Source: a bacterium (GTDB lineage Bacteria > Electryoneota > Electryoneia > Electryoneales > Electryoneaceae). Taken from it: a stretch of 64,000 nucleotides of DNA. Below the pieces are notes generated by a model. It was not told the origin of the DNA. It was given only the letters and a program-made list of their open reading frames with translations, and ran no database searches. Position 1 is the stretch's first letter, and each line of letters begins with the position of its first letter. Below are positions 28,236 through 38,346 of the stretch, piece after piece. The stretch spans positions 1,504,001 to 1,568,000 of the forward strand of contig CAXXKJ010000002.1 of the NCBI GenBank assembly GCA_963675295.2. Reading direction: 5' to 3'. Both the position numbers and the translations under genes were made by a program.

Positions 28236-30452
28236 GTGGCGAAACGTCGGACGCGCAAACAAGTCAGCTGGTGGATCGGGATCGCGGCCAGTGTCGTGGT
28301 CACCATTATCGCCCTGTATCTCGGCAGCATCGGGCTTGTTCACGAGCTGGAACTGAAGACGTACGACCAGCGCTTCCTCGCGCGTGGTCCGGTCAATGTC
28401 AGCGACAGCGACGCGGTTGTGGTTACGATCAACGACGACGATTTCACGTTGCTCGACACCCGCTGGCCATTCCCGCGCAGCTACTACGCCCACGTGATCG
28501 ACAACCTGTTCGCCGCTGGCGCGAAGCTGGTGGTGATCGACGTCCAGTTCTTCGAATCTTCGTTTGACACCACGCAGGACATTGCGCTCGCACGGGCCAC
28601 CCTTGCCGCGCCGGACAGCGTGATTCACGCGGCCAAGATCTCGTTCACCGTCAAGGCGCAGTTGCAGGACCAGCTCGCCAGAGCAATGCTGCCTGCTAAG
28701 CGGATTTACACGCCCGAGGTGAATGTCGGCGTAGTCAATGAAATCCAGGATCGGGATGGGTTCACACGGCAGTATCCGTTCGCGTTTCAGGTGCAGGATC
28801 TGAACTGGCTGCCGTTATCGATGAAGGCGTTACAGCTGGTGCAGGAGCGGCCGGACACGGTGCAGCTGTACCGTGACGATCCGAAGGTGGTGCGTTTCGC
28901 GGGGCTGAAAATCCCGAAGATGACGGAGAATTCGTTCCTGATCAACTACGCCGGTCCGGCGGGCACGTTTCCAACGTATGCATTCTCCAGCGTAATTGAT
29001 GATGGGTCGTTTCAGCTCGCGCGGGACGACACGAACTACATGCAGTGGTTCGTGATGTCGGACGAGGAATTCAACACATTCATCAGCGTGATGCCGGAGG
29101 ATGCGGCGGACGCCTTCCGTGAGATCCGCCAGCAGAATCCGTTCCGTGGCAAGGTGGTGTTTGTCGGTGCGGCGGCCGCGGCATTGCGCGATACGAAAAA
29201 GACACCGTTCTTCGCGTACAAGCCGGCCGGTGAAATCGCGACGGAAAACCGTGAGACGCCTGGGGTGGAAGTGCACGCGCACGCGTACCAGACCCTCCGT
29301 GACCAGTCGTGGATCAAGAACGCGCCGTTGCGCGCGGAAGTGATCCTCACGTTTGTGCTTGTGCTGGCGGTGTTCGCCATCAGCAACACGTTGACGCTAC
29401 TGCTCGCCGCGCCGTTGTCGTTGGTGCTGGCGGGGCTGTATACGTGGGGAACGTTCTACGCGTTCGGTGAGCACAACCTGTGGTTTGCGCTGGTCGCACC
29501 ATTGCTCGCGATGGTGATCATGTTCTCGCTGACCACGATCTACCGCTTCCTGCTCGAACAGCGGGACAAGGCGCAGATTCGCGGCATGTTCAGCCAGTAT
29601 GTGCCGAAGCGGGTTGTGGATGAGCTGATCGACAATCCGGACATGATGCGTCTCGGCGGCGAACGGCGGCGGATGACCTGCCTGTTCACGGACGTCGCCG
29701 GCTTCACATCGGTGTCAGAGAAGTTGACGCCGGAAGAGCTGGTCAGCCTGCTGAACGAATACCTCTCCGCGATGTCGAAGATCATCCTCAAGAACGAGGG
29801 CATCATCGACAAGTACGAGGGCGACCTGATCATGGCGGAATGGGGTGCGCCGGTGCGGAACGAACAGCATGCGTTCCACGCCTGCCGGGCTGCGCTACGG
29901 ATGCAGGCGAAACTGGAAGAGATGCGCCGCGACTTTGACCGGCGGGGACTGCCGCTGCTGGAAAGCCGTGTTGGGATCAACACCGGCGACATGATTGTCG
30001 GCAACATGGGCTGCCTCGAGGTGTTCGACTACACGGTGATGGGGGACGCGGTCAACCTCGCCAGCCGTCTCGAGGGAGCAAACAAATCGTACGGTACCAC
30101 GATCATGATCGGGCCGGAAACGTGGGCCGATGTCAAGGACGAGTTCGCTACCCGTGCGTTGGACGATATCCGGGTCAAGGGCAAGGCGCAACCGGTGCGT
30201 GTCTATGAGCTGATGGCGGATTCATGGGACAAGATCAGCGATGAGCAGAAGCACGCGCTGGACGATTTCGACCGTGGTCTGAAGAACTACCGCAACCGCC
30301 GGTTCAGCGATGCGATTGATTATTTCCAGCAAGTGCTTCGGGTGATGCCGGATGACGGCCCGAGTCTGGCCTACATCAAGCGTTGCCAGCAATTCCTCAG
30401 CGATCCGCCGCCGCCGGAATGGGATGGGGTGTACGAGATGTTGGAGAAGTAA
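28236..30452 (+). CDS. CHASE2-domain class III adenylate cyclase with C-terminal TPR-like region
   Basis: CHASE2 motifs (RWPFPRSYYA, DRDGFTR, PGVEVHA), three TM helices, LFTDVAGFT, DKYEGD, YTVMGDAVNLASRLE. Confidence 0.93.
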   Translation: MAKRRTRKQVSWWIGIAASVVVTIIALYLGSIGLVHELELKTYDQRFLARGPVNVSDSDAVVVTINDDDFTLLDTRWPFPRSYYAHVIDNLFAAGAKLVVIDVQFFESSFDTTQDIALARATLAAPDSVIHAAKISFTVKAQLQDQLARAMLPAKRIYTPEVNVGVVNEIQDRDGFTRQYPFAFQVQDLNWLPLSMKALQLVQERPDTVQLYRDDPKVVRFAGLKIPKMTENSFLINYAGPAGTFPTYAFSSVIDDGSFQLARDDTNYMQWFVMSDEEFNTFISVMPEDAADAFREIRQQNPFRGKVVFVGAAAAALRDTKKTPFFAYKPAGEIATENRETPGVEVHAHAYQTLRDQSWIKNAPLRAEVILTFVLVLAVFAISNTLTLLLAAPLSLVLAGLYTWGTFYAFGEHNLWFALVAPLLAMVIMFSLTTIYRFLLEQRDKAQIRGMFSQYVPKRVVDELIDNPDMMRLGGERRRMTCLFTDVAGFTSVSEKLTPEELVSLLNEYLSAMSKIILKNEGIIDKYEGDLIMAEWGAPVRNEQHAFHACRAALRMQAKLEEMRRDFDRRGLPLLESRVGINTGDMIVGNMGCLEVFDYTVMGDAVNLASRLEGANKSYGTTIMIGPETWADVKDEFATRALDDIRVKGKAQPVRVYELMADSWDKISDEQKHALDDFDRGLKNYRNRRFSDAIDYFQQVLRVMPDDGPSLAYIKRCQQFLSDPPPPEWDGVYEMLEK

Positions 30453-30518
30453 CGGGCTTCAGGTTCCAGACTTTGGGCTCGAAGGGCTTGGTCGTCTCTC
30501 GTCTCTCGTGAAGTTTGC

Positions 30519-30641
30519 CCCGACGAGCTTGCTCGTCGGGAATATCCGCGTCTGCAAATTATTCGATACGAGTACATGGTCCAGCTGACCGGAAGTCACC
30601 TGGAGCAACACGTCCGCGTTTGCAAGCAAACACGGGCACAT
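30519..30641. repeat. Inverted pair of REP-like hairpins (REPIN-like)
   Basis: CCCGACGAGC-TT-GCTCGTCGGG (30519-30540) and TCCGCGTTTGC-AA-GCAAACACGGGCACAT (30613-30641), with a decayed copy between them. Confidence 0.7.
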
Positions 30642-30644
30642 TTT

Positions 30645-30707
30645 CTCACACCTCACACCTCACACCTCACACCTCACACCTCACACCTCACACCTCACAC
30701 CTCACAC
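30645..30707. repeat. Heptamer tandem repeat (CTCACAC)x9
   Basis: Perfect units 8 nt from the stop codon at 30716. Confidence 0.95.
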
Positions 30708-30715
30708 CTGGCGAT

Positions 30716-31459
30716 CTATAGATCCCAATAACTCACCCGTTCGAGGTCGGGAATCTCGTGTGCGGCGGAGCTGAGCAGAACGGTTTCGTCGGCGTAGGTT
30801 GGGTGCGTCGGGTGGACCATGGCTTCGACGATATTGAAGAACATCGGCTTGGAAACGTGCAGCTTGTGGATGGTTTCGTACTCGGCGAAGGTGTCGGTCA
30901 GACGTGTCGGGTAGCCGGTCTGGATCGTCTTACGCCAGGCGAGGCGTCTCATTCGCAGCACATGCAGCCGCGGGGTCATCGGTTGCAGAAAGAGGGTTTT
31001 GGTCGCCCGGACTCGAGTGATATCCAGCCGCTTCTGTAATTCCTTAACCACACGCAGCAGCGCCCAGAGTGTGTGCACGTGATGATGCGAGTCGATGTGG
31101 GAAACGTTGACCCCTGCCTCGCGGACACGCTGCACCTGCGCGGTCCATTCGTCGAGGATCGCGGTCGCAACATCACGATTCAAAGCGGACAAGTTGAGCG
31201 GATTCTGAAACTCGCCATCGTCGTTGAGCAACGGGCGCAGCCGGTTTGGGTCGCTGAGTGGCGCGAACTGAGTCAGGTTGAGGTGGACGCCGAACGACAC
31301 CTGCGGGTAGTCCTGAGCACGATGGACAGCGTCCTCGAACGCGGGCGCGTTCGACATGATCGTGGACGAACTGATCAGGCCCTGGTCGATCAGGTCGAAG
31401 GTGGCATCGTTGACCTCACGGCTCATCCCGAGGTCGTCGGCGTTAACTATCAGGCGCAT
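30716..31459 (-). CDS. ChbG/HpnK (YdjC-family) deacetylase
   Basis: MRLIVNADDLG, GVHLNLT, SHIDSHHHVH, EAMVHP. Confidence 0.9.
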   Translation of the reverse strand: MRLIVNADDLGMSREVNDATFDLIDQGLISSSTIMSNAPAFEDAVHRAQDYPQVSFGVHLNLTQFAPLSDPNRLRPLLNDDGEFQNPLNLSALNRDVATAILDEWTAQVQRVREAGVNVSHIDSHHHVHTLWALLRVVKELQKRLDITRVRATKTLFLQPMTPRLHVLRMRRLAWRKTIQTGYPTRLTDTFAEYETIHKLHVSKPMFFNIVEAMVHPTHPTYADETVLLSSAAHEIPDLERVSYWDL

Positions 31460-31576
31460 GGTTGGCTTGAGTTGCTGGTGATTCCGGTTGCCGGAAGATA
31501 CAGTCGGCTGTGCTTCGGATGCAGCAGGGTACCGTACTCTCAAGCCTGGGCAGCGGATTCAAAAGGATGGAGAAAC

Positions 31577-31607
31577 AAAAACGGGCCTGTGGAAGCACAG
31601 GCCCGTT
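31577..31607 (-). terminator. Rho-independent terminator
   Basis: AACGGGCCTGTG-gaag-CACAGGCCCGTT with an A-run on the left (U-tract on the minus strand). Confidence 0.75.
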
Positions 31608-31626
31608 CCGAAAGCAGAGTTGCTGA

Positions 31627-33261
31627 CTAGTTGCGGGTCACGGAAGGATCATCGACAAAGCGCTTGCCGGCATGATCCGGAGCCGACTGAACCGGTTCAA
31701 TCTCGAACGGTTCGCTGTAGGTACCGTTCCCGTTGTGTGTGCGAATCACCAGCCGGAACGCATAGTTGGCGGTGCTCCACTGCCAACTCCCGTAATCAAA
31801 GGCCGTGGTGGTGTACCAACTCCGGCCCTCAGATCCTGAAGCGTCCGCGCTGAACGATGGGACATTCGTGTTGATGCAGCGGATGCCGAACGCGACTTCC
31901 GACGTGTTTTCATACTCAAGGTCGACCGGTACCGAATTCCAGCCTTCATACAGCCAGTGGGCACCGTAGATGTAGTTTGCCGAGCCCAGGGTGTTTCCTG
32001 CGATGACATCGTAGCGCCGGACGTCGGTGTAGCCGGTGTAGTGGCTGGTGCACGAGATCTTGAACTCGTCGATGATGTACTCGCCGGGCGGCATCAGGAA
32101 CACGACGGCGTAGTCGTGATAGATCGTCGGTGTTCCGTGTACCTCGTACGTTCCGTCATCGTGATACACGTCCTGCGGAGCACCGTACGGTGCCAGGCTT
32201 TGCACGGTGATGGTGACGCGGTTGTTGCCCTCATCCGACTCGGACAGGACACTGTCAGCATCCGCAACGAGGAAAATGTACTCGTTGTCGTACTCCGGAT
32301 CGGAAGCGGTCGGGTTGTAGTAGTCGCCCGAGAGAGTGACTTGTTCTCCGGAATCCAGGGCTTCCACTTCGAGCGTGCCGAGGAAGTAGTCGGTCATCGT
32401 GTCGAGGGCATTGTCGTGCGACCAGTACACCTCGACCATGCTGCCGATTTCCGTATCTCCGGGGCCGTCGTTGATCACGTCAACCGTGAGCGTGAACGGG
32501 TCGTTCACTTCGAGGGTGTAGTCGCTGACAGTCGGGTTTGCAAACTGAAGGTCGGGTGCTTCCTTGACCACGACAGCGAGGCTGACCACGTCCGTTTCAC
32601 CCTGCTGATCCTTGACCCGGAACTTGGGGAAGTAGGTGCCGGCGGTCGAGTAGGTCCAATCAATCTCGTCATCGAAATTGTTTTCACGTTCCCAGGTTCC
32701 ATCTCCCTCGAAGTCCCAGGAATAGGTCAGTGCTTCGCCGGAGTCGTGGTCATCGGTTGTGCCGGTCGCGTCAAAGTGGAAGACGGTCGCGGTGGTACCG
32801 GTCTGCGGCGAGACCGTGGCGCTTGCCTCCGGGGGTTCGTTCTGAAAATCATCTACAACGGTGTAGACACCCGTCGCGGTCCCGATCGCGCCATCGGAAT
32901 CCCGCCCTTCGACCTTGACGGTGAACGCTCCGGCTGCCACAGGAATATGAGTGATGTAGCCGAGGCCCTGGGTCCAGTCCTCTTCCCACGTCCCGTTGCC
33001 ATCGTAATCCCAGCGGAAGTCCATGCTCGCGGGTTCGTCGCTGTCGTCCGTCGTCTGAACAATGTCGAACTGAATCTCGGATCCCAAAGAAATGGTGGAT
33101 GGGGAAATGTTGAGAATCACATTCGGTGCCTCGTTCCCTCCCGGCCCTGTTGGCGATGAATCATCGTCGTTGGTCTGTTCACAACCCATGATTCCCAGCG
33201 AAATCACCAGGCTCAACACCAGAACCGAAGTGAACCAGAATCTCCGTGAAAGCCCCTTCAT
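31627..33261 (-). CDS. Lipoprotein with two PKD domains and a CARDB domain
   Basis: Lipobox GIMGC; FRWDYDGNGTW and YSWDFEGDGTW (PKD); ADADSVLSESDEGNN (CARDB). Confidence 0.85.
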   Translation of the reverse strand: MKGLSRRFWFTSVLVLSLVISLGIMGCEQTNDDDSSPTGPGGNEAPNVILNISPSTISLGSEIQFDIVQTTDDSDEPASMDFRWDYDGNGTWEEDWTQGLGYITHIPVAAGAFTVKVEGRDSDGAIGTATGVYTVVDDFQNEPPEASATVSPQTGTTATVFHFDATGTTDDHDSGEALTYSWDFEGDGTWERENNFDDEIDWTYSTAGTYFPKFRVKDQQGETDVVSLAVVVKEAPDLQFANPTVSDYTLEVNDPFTLTVDVINDGPGDTEIGSMVEVYWSHDNALDTMTDYFLGTLEVEALDSGEQVTLSGDYYNPTASDPEYDNEYIFLVADADSVLSESDEGNNRVTITVQSLAPYGAPQDVYHDDGTYEVHGTPTIYHDYAVVFLMPPGEYIIDEFKISCTSHYTGYTDVRRYDVIAGNTLGSANYIYGAHWLYEGWNSVPVDLEYENTSEVAFGIRCINTNVPSFSADASGSEGRSWYTTTAFDYGSWQWSTANYAFRLVIRTHNGNGTYSEPFEIEPVQSAPDHAGKRFVDDPSVTRN

Positions 33262-33639
33262 ACCACAATCCTCCCGGTCGTTATGCTATCCGTGGCACAG
33301 TCAGCCAGCTGCTGGAATACGACTCCGCAGTCTGCAACTTACTGCAATGCCGTGGAAGCTCTTCGTTTTGCAATCAATACCGTGGTTGGCCAATCAATGC
33401 GTGTTCGTCAGGTAGGCATGCCAGCCCAATCATACAACGATTTATTAGGAGATCCTAACTTTATTTTCGAGGATTTGTGGTTTCTTCCCGATTTGGTCTT
33501 CTGAGCTAACAACTAGCTAATTCAGGAATTAGCTAAGTTTGCTGAATCGAGTGCTCCTCCAGGAGTTGTGCAAACCGGGGTATAGCTGGTGAATCGCGTG
33601 TGGCGCAGGTTGGGTGGACTTGTGGGATAGTCTGCGTTG

Positions 33640-33921
33640 TCAGCCGGAGGTCAGCTCGACCAGGGTTGCGCCCCATCCGCCGGCGTCGTGTCCGGCGAGA
33701 CGGTAGCGGATGACGTAGGGCAGCCGGGCGAGGATGGCGTGCACGGTCTCCCGTAAAGCACCGGTGCCCTTGCCGTGAATGATCCGTATGGAGGTGATCC
33801 CACGGCGGCGGCATTCATCGAGGTAGTCGGGAATGAGGGATTTGACCTCTCGCGGGTCGAAGGTGTGCAGGTCGAGGGTGCCGTCGATGGGGTAGTCGAT
33901 CGGATCGGGGTTGTCCATCAT
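33640..33921 (-). CDS. Smr/MutS2-domain protein
   Basis: TLDLHTF, IIHGKGTGALR, GGWGATLVEL. Confidence 0.9.
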   Translation of the reverse strand: MMDNPDPIDYPIDGTLDLHTFDPREVKSLIPDYLDECRRRGITSIRIIHGKGTGALRETVHAILARLPYVIRYRLAGHDAGGWGATLVELTSG

Positions 33922-34087
33922 CGTCTCCGGCTCAGTGTGTTGTATGAATCTACTTGAAAGTAGGATTTTCCTATGTTCGATGCACGAAGCGGTTCATTTC
34001 ATGAGTATGTTGGCCAGCAGCGGTGTGCCAGCCGGTCGGGATTGATTCCGTGGCTGAACACACCGTACCAATCAGGGGGGAGGAAAC

Positions 34088-34498
34088 ATGATATTGATGC
34101 CGGCGATACGGTTTGCGGTTCAGATCTGCCTGTTCTGGTTTGCCGTGGTATTGGTTACACGGGATACGCGGGTCGACTGGCGCTCGTTCATCCTCTGGGT
34201 TGTCGCCGCCCACCTTGCGGGCGGAATCGTCGCAGCGCTACTGGGAGACAGCGGTCCTGTCTGGATCAACAACCTGGTCGCGTTGCTCGTGACCTCCGCT
34301 GCGCTGGCATCTGTGCTATACTTCAAGTTCGGGTACGATGGCCCGAAGCAGATCCTGATGATCATCGTGATCTATTTTGTCTCGACGTTTCTGCTGAACG
34401 TGATCCTGGCGCTTTCCGCGTGTAACCTTCAAAACCGGATCAACGAAGCATTGGAATCCGGCGGGTGGCTTTCGTCGGTGGGAACTCTTTTCTGCTGA
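34088..34498 (+). CDS. Hypothetical four-TM membrane protein
   Basis: GGAGG RBS; four hydrophobic segments. Confidence 0.65.
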   Translation: MILMPAIRFAVQICLFWFAVVLVTRDTRVDWRSFILWVVAAHLAGGIVAALLGDSGPVWINNLVALLVTSAALASVLYFKFGYDGPKQILMIIVIYFVSTFLLNVILALSACNLQNRINEALESGGWLSSVGTLFC

Positions 34499-34673
34499 GC
34501 TTCCGATGTCGCGGGTAAGTTCACTCTGGAATCGCGGGTACACTCGCTGCAGAAGTTGAGGTACAGCGTGCGCAACATTGAATCTCACACTATCGGAAAT
34601 ACTGTTTGGCCCGCCTAAGAATTGTCTTATCTTTGCCCCGGGGAATGGTGGTTTGGGAGAAGGGACGAGAACG

Positions 34674-35567
34674 ATGAAGATTGTCTTGTGGGTGGTGCTC
34701 GGCATTGTCGGGCTGGTGATCATCGTGTTTGGCGGGTTTGGCCTCTGGGTGTTCACCTCCAGCAACTCTGCGATCAACGCGACGTATGACGTCGCGATCA
34801 CACCGTTTGAGATTCCGACGGATTCCACCAGTCTCGCGTATGGCAAGCATGTCGCGACGATCCGTGGCTGCATCGGCTGTCATGGTGCAGACCTTGGCGG
34901 TGGTGGCGAGGATCTCAACATGGGTCCGTTGGGGAGCTATTACCCGACGAACATCACATCGGGGCAGGGTGGAAAAACGGCAAATTACACGACGGCCGAT
35001 TGGATCCGAACGATCCGTCACGGCGTGAAACCGGATGGCAGCACCGCGATCATGATGCCATCGTACGAGTACTACCCGATTGGTGACGAGGATCTCGCGG
35101 CGATGATCGGGTACCTGAAGTCGATGCCGCCGGTGGACCGGGACAATCGTCCGCAGGAAGTCGGGCCGGTGGGACGGATCCTGATCGCGACCGGCCAGAT
35201 GAAGGTCTTGACCTCGGCGAAGTTCATCGACCATGATGCGCCGCATCCGCCCGCGCCGGAACGTGGGGTGACGGTCGAGTATGGCGAGTATCTCGGCACA
35301 ACCTGCACCGGTTGTCATGGCGAGAACCTGGCGGGCGGGGTGAGTCTCGGGCCGAACGCGCCGATGTCGTCGAACCTGACACCCGCCGGATTGACGGAGT
35401 ATGACCGGGACGCGTTCTTCACGGCATTGCGTGCCGGGTACAAGGCGGACGGCAGCCAGATCGACAAAATCATGCCATATTCCCAGTTCGCTGAGATGAC
35501 GGATGACGAGATCGATGCGCTGTGGCTGTATCTGCAGAGCTTACCGGCGGTTGAAAACGAGTACTGA
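34674..35567 (+). CDS. Membrane-anchored dihaem cytochrome c
   Basis: N-terminal TM; two CxxCH motifs (CIGCH, CTGCH); distal MP motifs. Confidence 0.9.
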   Translation: MKIVLWVVLGIVGLVIIVFGGFGLWVFTSSNSAINATYDVAITPFEIPTDSTSLAYGKHVATIRGCIGCHGADLGGGGEDLNMGPLGSYYPTNITSGQGGKTANYTTADWIRTIRHGVKPDGSTAIMMPSYEYYPIGDEDLAAMIGYLKSMPPVDRDNRPQEVGPVGRILIATGQMKVLTSAKFIDHDAPHPPAPERGVTVEYGEYLGTTCTGCHGENLAGGVSLGPNAPMSSNLTPAGLTEYDRDAFFTALRAGYKADGSQIDKIMPYSQFAEMTDDEIDALWLYLQSLPAVENEY

Positions 35568-35589
35568 CGGGCCCGGAAGTCAGGAATCC

Positions 35590-35622
35590 AAACCCGGACG
35601 GTATTGTCCGGGTTTTGCTTTT
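35590..35622 (+). terminator. Rho-independent terminator
   Basis: AAACCCGGAC-ggtatt-GTCCGGGTTT followed by a T-rich tail. Confidence 0.75.
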
Positions 35623-35748
35623 TCTGTTACCCTTTGGGCTGGACTGTGATGGAAAAATCTCCTGGAAGACTGAGTGCAATCTCTCGTGGTATTTGAATAT
35701 TGTTAAGAATTTGTTAAATTTGTGTAAACACATCAGATGGGGGTAGCG

Positions 35749-36669
35749 ATGACGCTTCCAGACTACTTGGATCATGTGAATCAGGAAATTGCGGGGATCG
35801 TTGCGCCCAGTTTCACCACGAAGCAGATGAAATTGAACAAGGTGCCGGCGACGGACTCGGATGCGCTGAGACCGACCCCCGCCGGTGAATTCACGGCGTA
35901 TCGTCTCAAGACGACAGTGTTGTATGTCGACATCCGCCGTTCGGTTTTCCCCGAAGTGAAAAGGATGGCGCACGACAAGATCAAGGTGTACCTCGCATTC
36001 CTCAAGGTGATGGCGAACGCGGCGGAGTATCACGGTGGCCGGGTGGTTGATCTCGCCGGCGACCGGATGATGGTCGTGTTCGACGAGGAAGACTGCTACA
36101 CAGACGCGATCAACACGGCGTTCCTGTTGAACACGGTCGCGCAGACGATTCTTGCGCCGCATTTCCCGCATCGCACGATCCGATGTGGCATCGGTGTTGA
36201 TTATGGTAGCATCCTGCTTTCCCGTGTGCCGGTGGAAAGCGACAGCGAGCACCGCAAGTTCGCGCAGGAGATGGTGTGGTTGGGCAAGCCGGCGTCGCGT
36301 GCGGCGAAGCTGATGGCGGTTGCCAACGGCAGCTTGACCAGCGCGAATGGGGTGGGCAATGTCGGGCGCGCGTTCCACGAGGTGAAGGAGTGGAGCTGGC
36401 GCGTGCTGGACGAGTATACCAACATGATCAACGTGCTGGGCACACGTCCGATGAACGTCTACACTGGCCCGACCTGCCGTCTGTCGAAGCTGGACGTTGA
36501 GAGCGGACGGATCGAGCCAATCCTGGTGACTGGTCGTGTGCTGACAGGATTGCGGAAGGAACGGCCGGACGACGTGTCGTTGAAACGTCTCTGGTGGCGC
36601 AAGAAGTCGCTCTATGTGCCGAACCTGAAGGAAGAAGTTTTCGGTGCGAATGTGATTTACACGTGCTAA
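35749..36669 (+). CDS. Soluble class III nucleotide cyclase, divergent PycC-like
   Basis: VLYVDIRRS, GDRMMVVF, CGIGVDYG, MVWLGKPASRAAKL; no sensor or TM domain. Confidence 0.75.
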   Translation: MTLPDYLDHVNQEIAGIVAPSFTTKQMKLNKVPATDSDALRPTPAGEFTAYRLKTTVLYVDIRRSVFPEVKRMAHDKIKVYLAFLKVMANAAEYHGGRVVDLAGDRMMVVFDEEDCYTDAINTAFLLNTVAQTILAPHFPHRTIRCGIGVDYGSILLSRVPVESDSEHRKFAQEMVWLGKPASRAAKLMAVANGSLTSANGVGNVGRAFHEVKEWSWRVLDEYTNMINVLGTRPMNVYTGPTCRLSKLDVESGRIEPILVTGRVLTGLRKERPDDVSLKRLWWRKKSLYVPNLKEEVFGANVIYTC

Positions 36670-36746
36670 TCGCGATCAGGATGCTTACATTGTCCTGAGA
36701 AAATACAGGTGGGGTGCACGCCCGGTGATCAGTCCGGGCTGCGCAG

Positions 36747-36780
36747 AAAGGGACGCTTCGTGTTGCGAAGCGTCCCTTTT
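36747..36780. terminator. Bidirectional terminator between convergent genes
   Basis: AAAGGGACGCTTCG-tgttg-CGAAGCGTCCCTTT. Confidence 0.8.
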
Positions 36781-36907
36781 GATTCTGGTACACGGTTTCC
36801 GGTAATCGGTAGTCGGTGTTCAGAAATCGGTATTCGGGTATCAACCTGATTGTCAACCTGTAGCAGGACGAGACACGAGATACCGCCAACCGAGTACCGA
36901 CAACCGG

Positions 36908-38338
36908 CTACCGCTTTTTCTGCGGCAGCATGTAGTGCGGCGACTGGTTGAAGATCAGGTCGGCGCTCTCCATGATGGCCTCGCTCAGGGTCGGGTGCGG
37001 GTGAATCGAGAGGCGGAGGTCATCCGCGACGCAGCCCATTTCGATGGCGAGTACGCCTTCCGCGATCATGTCACCAGCGTTCGGTCCGGCGATGCCGAGG
37101 CCGAGGATCTTCTTCGTTTTGGCGTTGACGACGAGCTTAGTGACGCCGTCGGTGCGGCCCAGCGTGATCGCGCGTCCGGAGGCGGCGAGCGGGAACTTGA
37201 CCACCTGCACGTCGATGCCCTTCGCCTTGGCTTCGTCCTCCATCAGCCCGGCCCAGGCAATTTCCGGGTCGGTGAAGACGACGGCCGGGATCGCACGTGG
37301 ATCCCACCCGGCGCTTTTCTCACCGGCGATATCCTCGACGGCGACACGGCCTTCGTGCGACGCCTTGTGCGCGAGCATCGGTTCGCCGGCGATGTCGCCG
37401 ATCGCCCAGATGTTCGCTTCGGCGGTGCGGCGCTTCTCGTCGACCTTGACAAAGCCCTTATCGTCCAGCTCGATGGTCGTGTTCTCGAGGCCGATGTTTG
37501 CGCTGTTCGGCTTGCGGCCGACGGACACGAGCACGTAGTCATACTCTTTCCGCGCATCGTCCGCGCCCTTGCCCTCGAACTCGACCTTGACCTTGGTTTT
37601 CAGCGCATTGACCGAACTGACTTTCGTCTCCAGGTGGATCGCTTCGAACTGGTTCTTCAGCCGCTTGTTGAGCGGCCGCACGAGATCCTTGTCCGCGCCG
37701 GGGAGGATGGACTTCATCATCTCGACGACGGAGACCTTGGTGCCGAGGGTAGCGTAAACTGACCCCAGCTCGAGGCCGATGTAGCCGCCGCCGACGATCA
37801 GCATCGTCTTCGGGATTTCCGGCAGGTCGAGGGCGTCCTTCGCGAGCATCATCCGCGGGTTGTCCATCGGCCAGCCGGGGATGGAAATCGCCAGTGACCC
37901 GGTGGCGAGGATCAGCTTGTCGAAGGTGTGGCGTTCGGACTTACCGTCCACCAGCTTCACCTCGAGCTCGGTGTTGCTGACGAAGGTTCCGGTGCCGCGA
38001 ATGTGCTTCACCTTGCGCATTTCGGCGATCTTGCCGACGCCGCCGGTGAGCCGGTCGACGACAGATTCCTTCCACGCGCGCAGTTTGTCGACGTCGATCT
38101 TCGGTTCGGCGAAATCGACCCCGAACTCGCTTGCCTCGCGGGCGTCGGTGATCACCTTGGCGGCGTGCAGCATCGCCTTGGACGGGATGCAGCCACGGTA
38201 CAGGCACGTGCCGCCGGGGTTCTCTTCCGGGTCAATCAAGGTGACATTGAAGTCCTTGTCGGCGGCGTGGAACGCGGCGGCATAGCCACCGGGTCCGCCA
38301 CCGAGGACAATCAGGTCGTGATGGGTTTTATCAGACAT
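36908..38338 (-). CDS. lpdA: Dihydrolipoyl dehydrogenase (E3)
   Basis: GGGPGGY, GGTCLYRGCIPSK, GGGYIGLE, HPHPTLSE; true start MSDKTHH at 38338. Confidence 0.95.
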   Translation of the reverse strand: MSDKTHHDLIVLGGGPGGYAAAFHAADKDFNVTLIDPEENPGGTCLYRGCIPSKAMLHAAKVITDAREASEFGVDFAEPKIDVDKLRAWKESVVDRLTGGVGKIAEMRKVKHIRGTGTFVSNTELEVKLVDGKSERHTFDKLILATGSLAISIPGWPMDNPRMMLAKDALDLPEIPKTMLIVGGGYIGLELGSVYATLGTKVSVVEMMKSILPGADKDLVRPLNKRLKNQFEAIHLETKVSSVNALKTKVKVEFEGKGADDARKEYDYVLVSVGRKPNSANIGLENTTIELDDKGFVKVDEKRRTAEANIWAIGDIAGEPMLAHKASHEGRVAVEDIAGEKSAGWDPRAIPAVVFTDPEIAWAGLMEDEAKAKGIDVQVVKFPLAASGRAITLGRTDGVTKLVVNAKTKKILGLGIAGPNAGDMIAEGVLAIEMGCVADDLRLSIHPHPTLSEAIMESADLIFNQSPHYMLPQKKR

Positions 38339-38346
38339 GGGAATTT

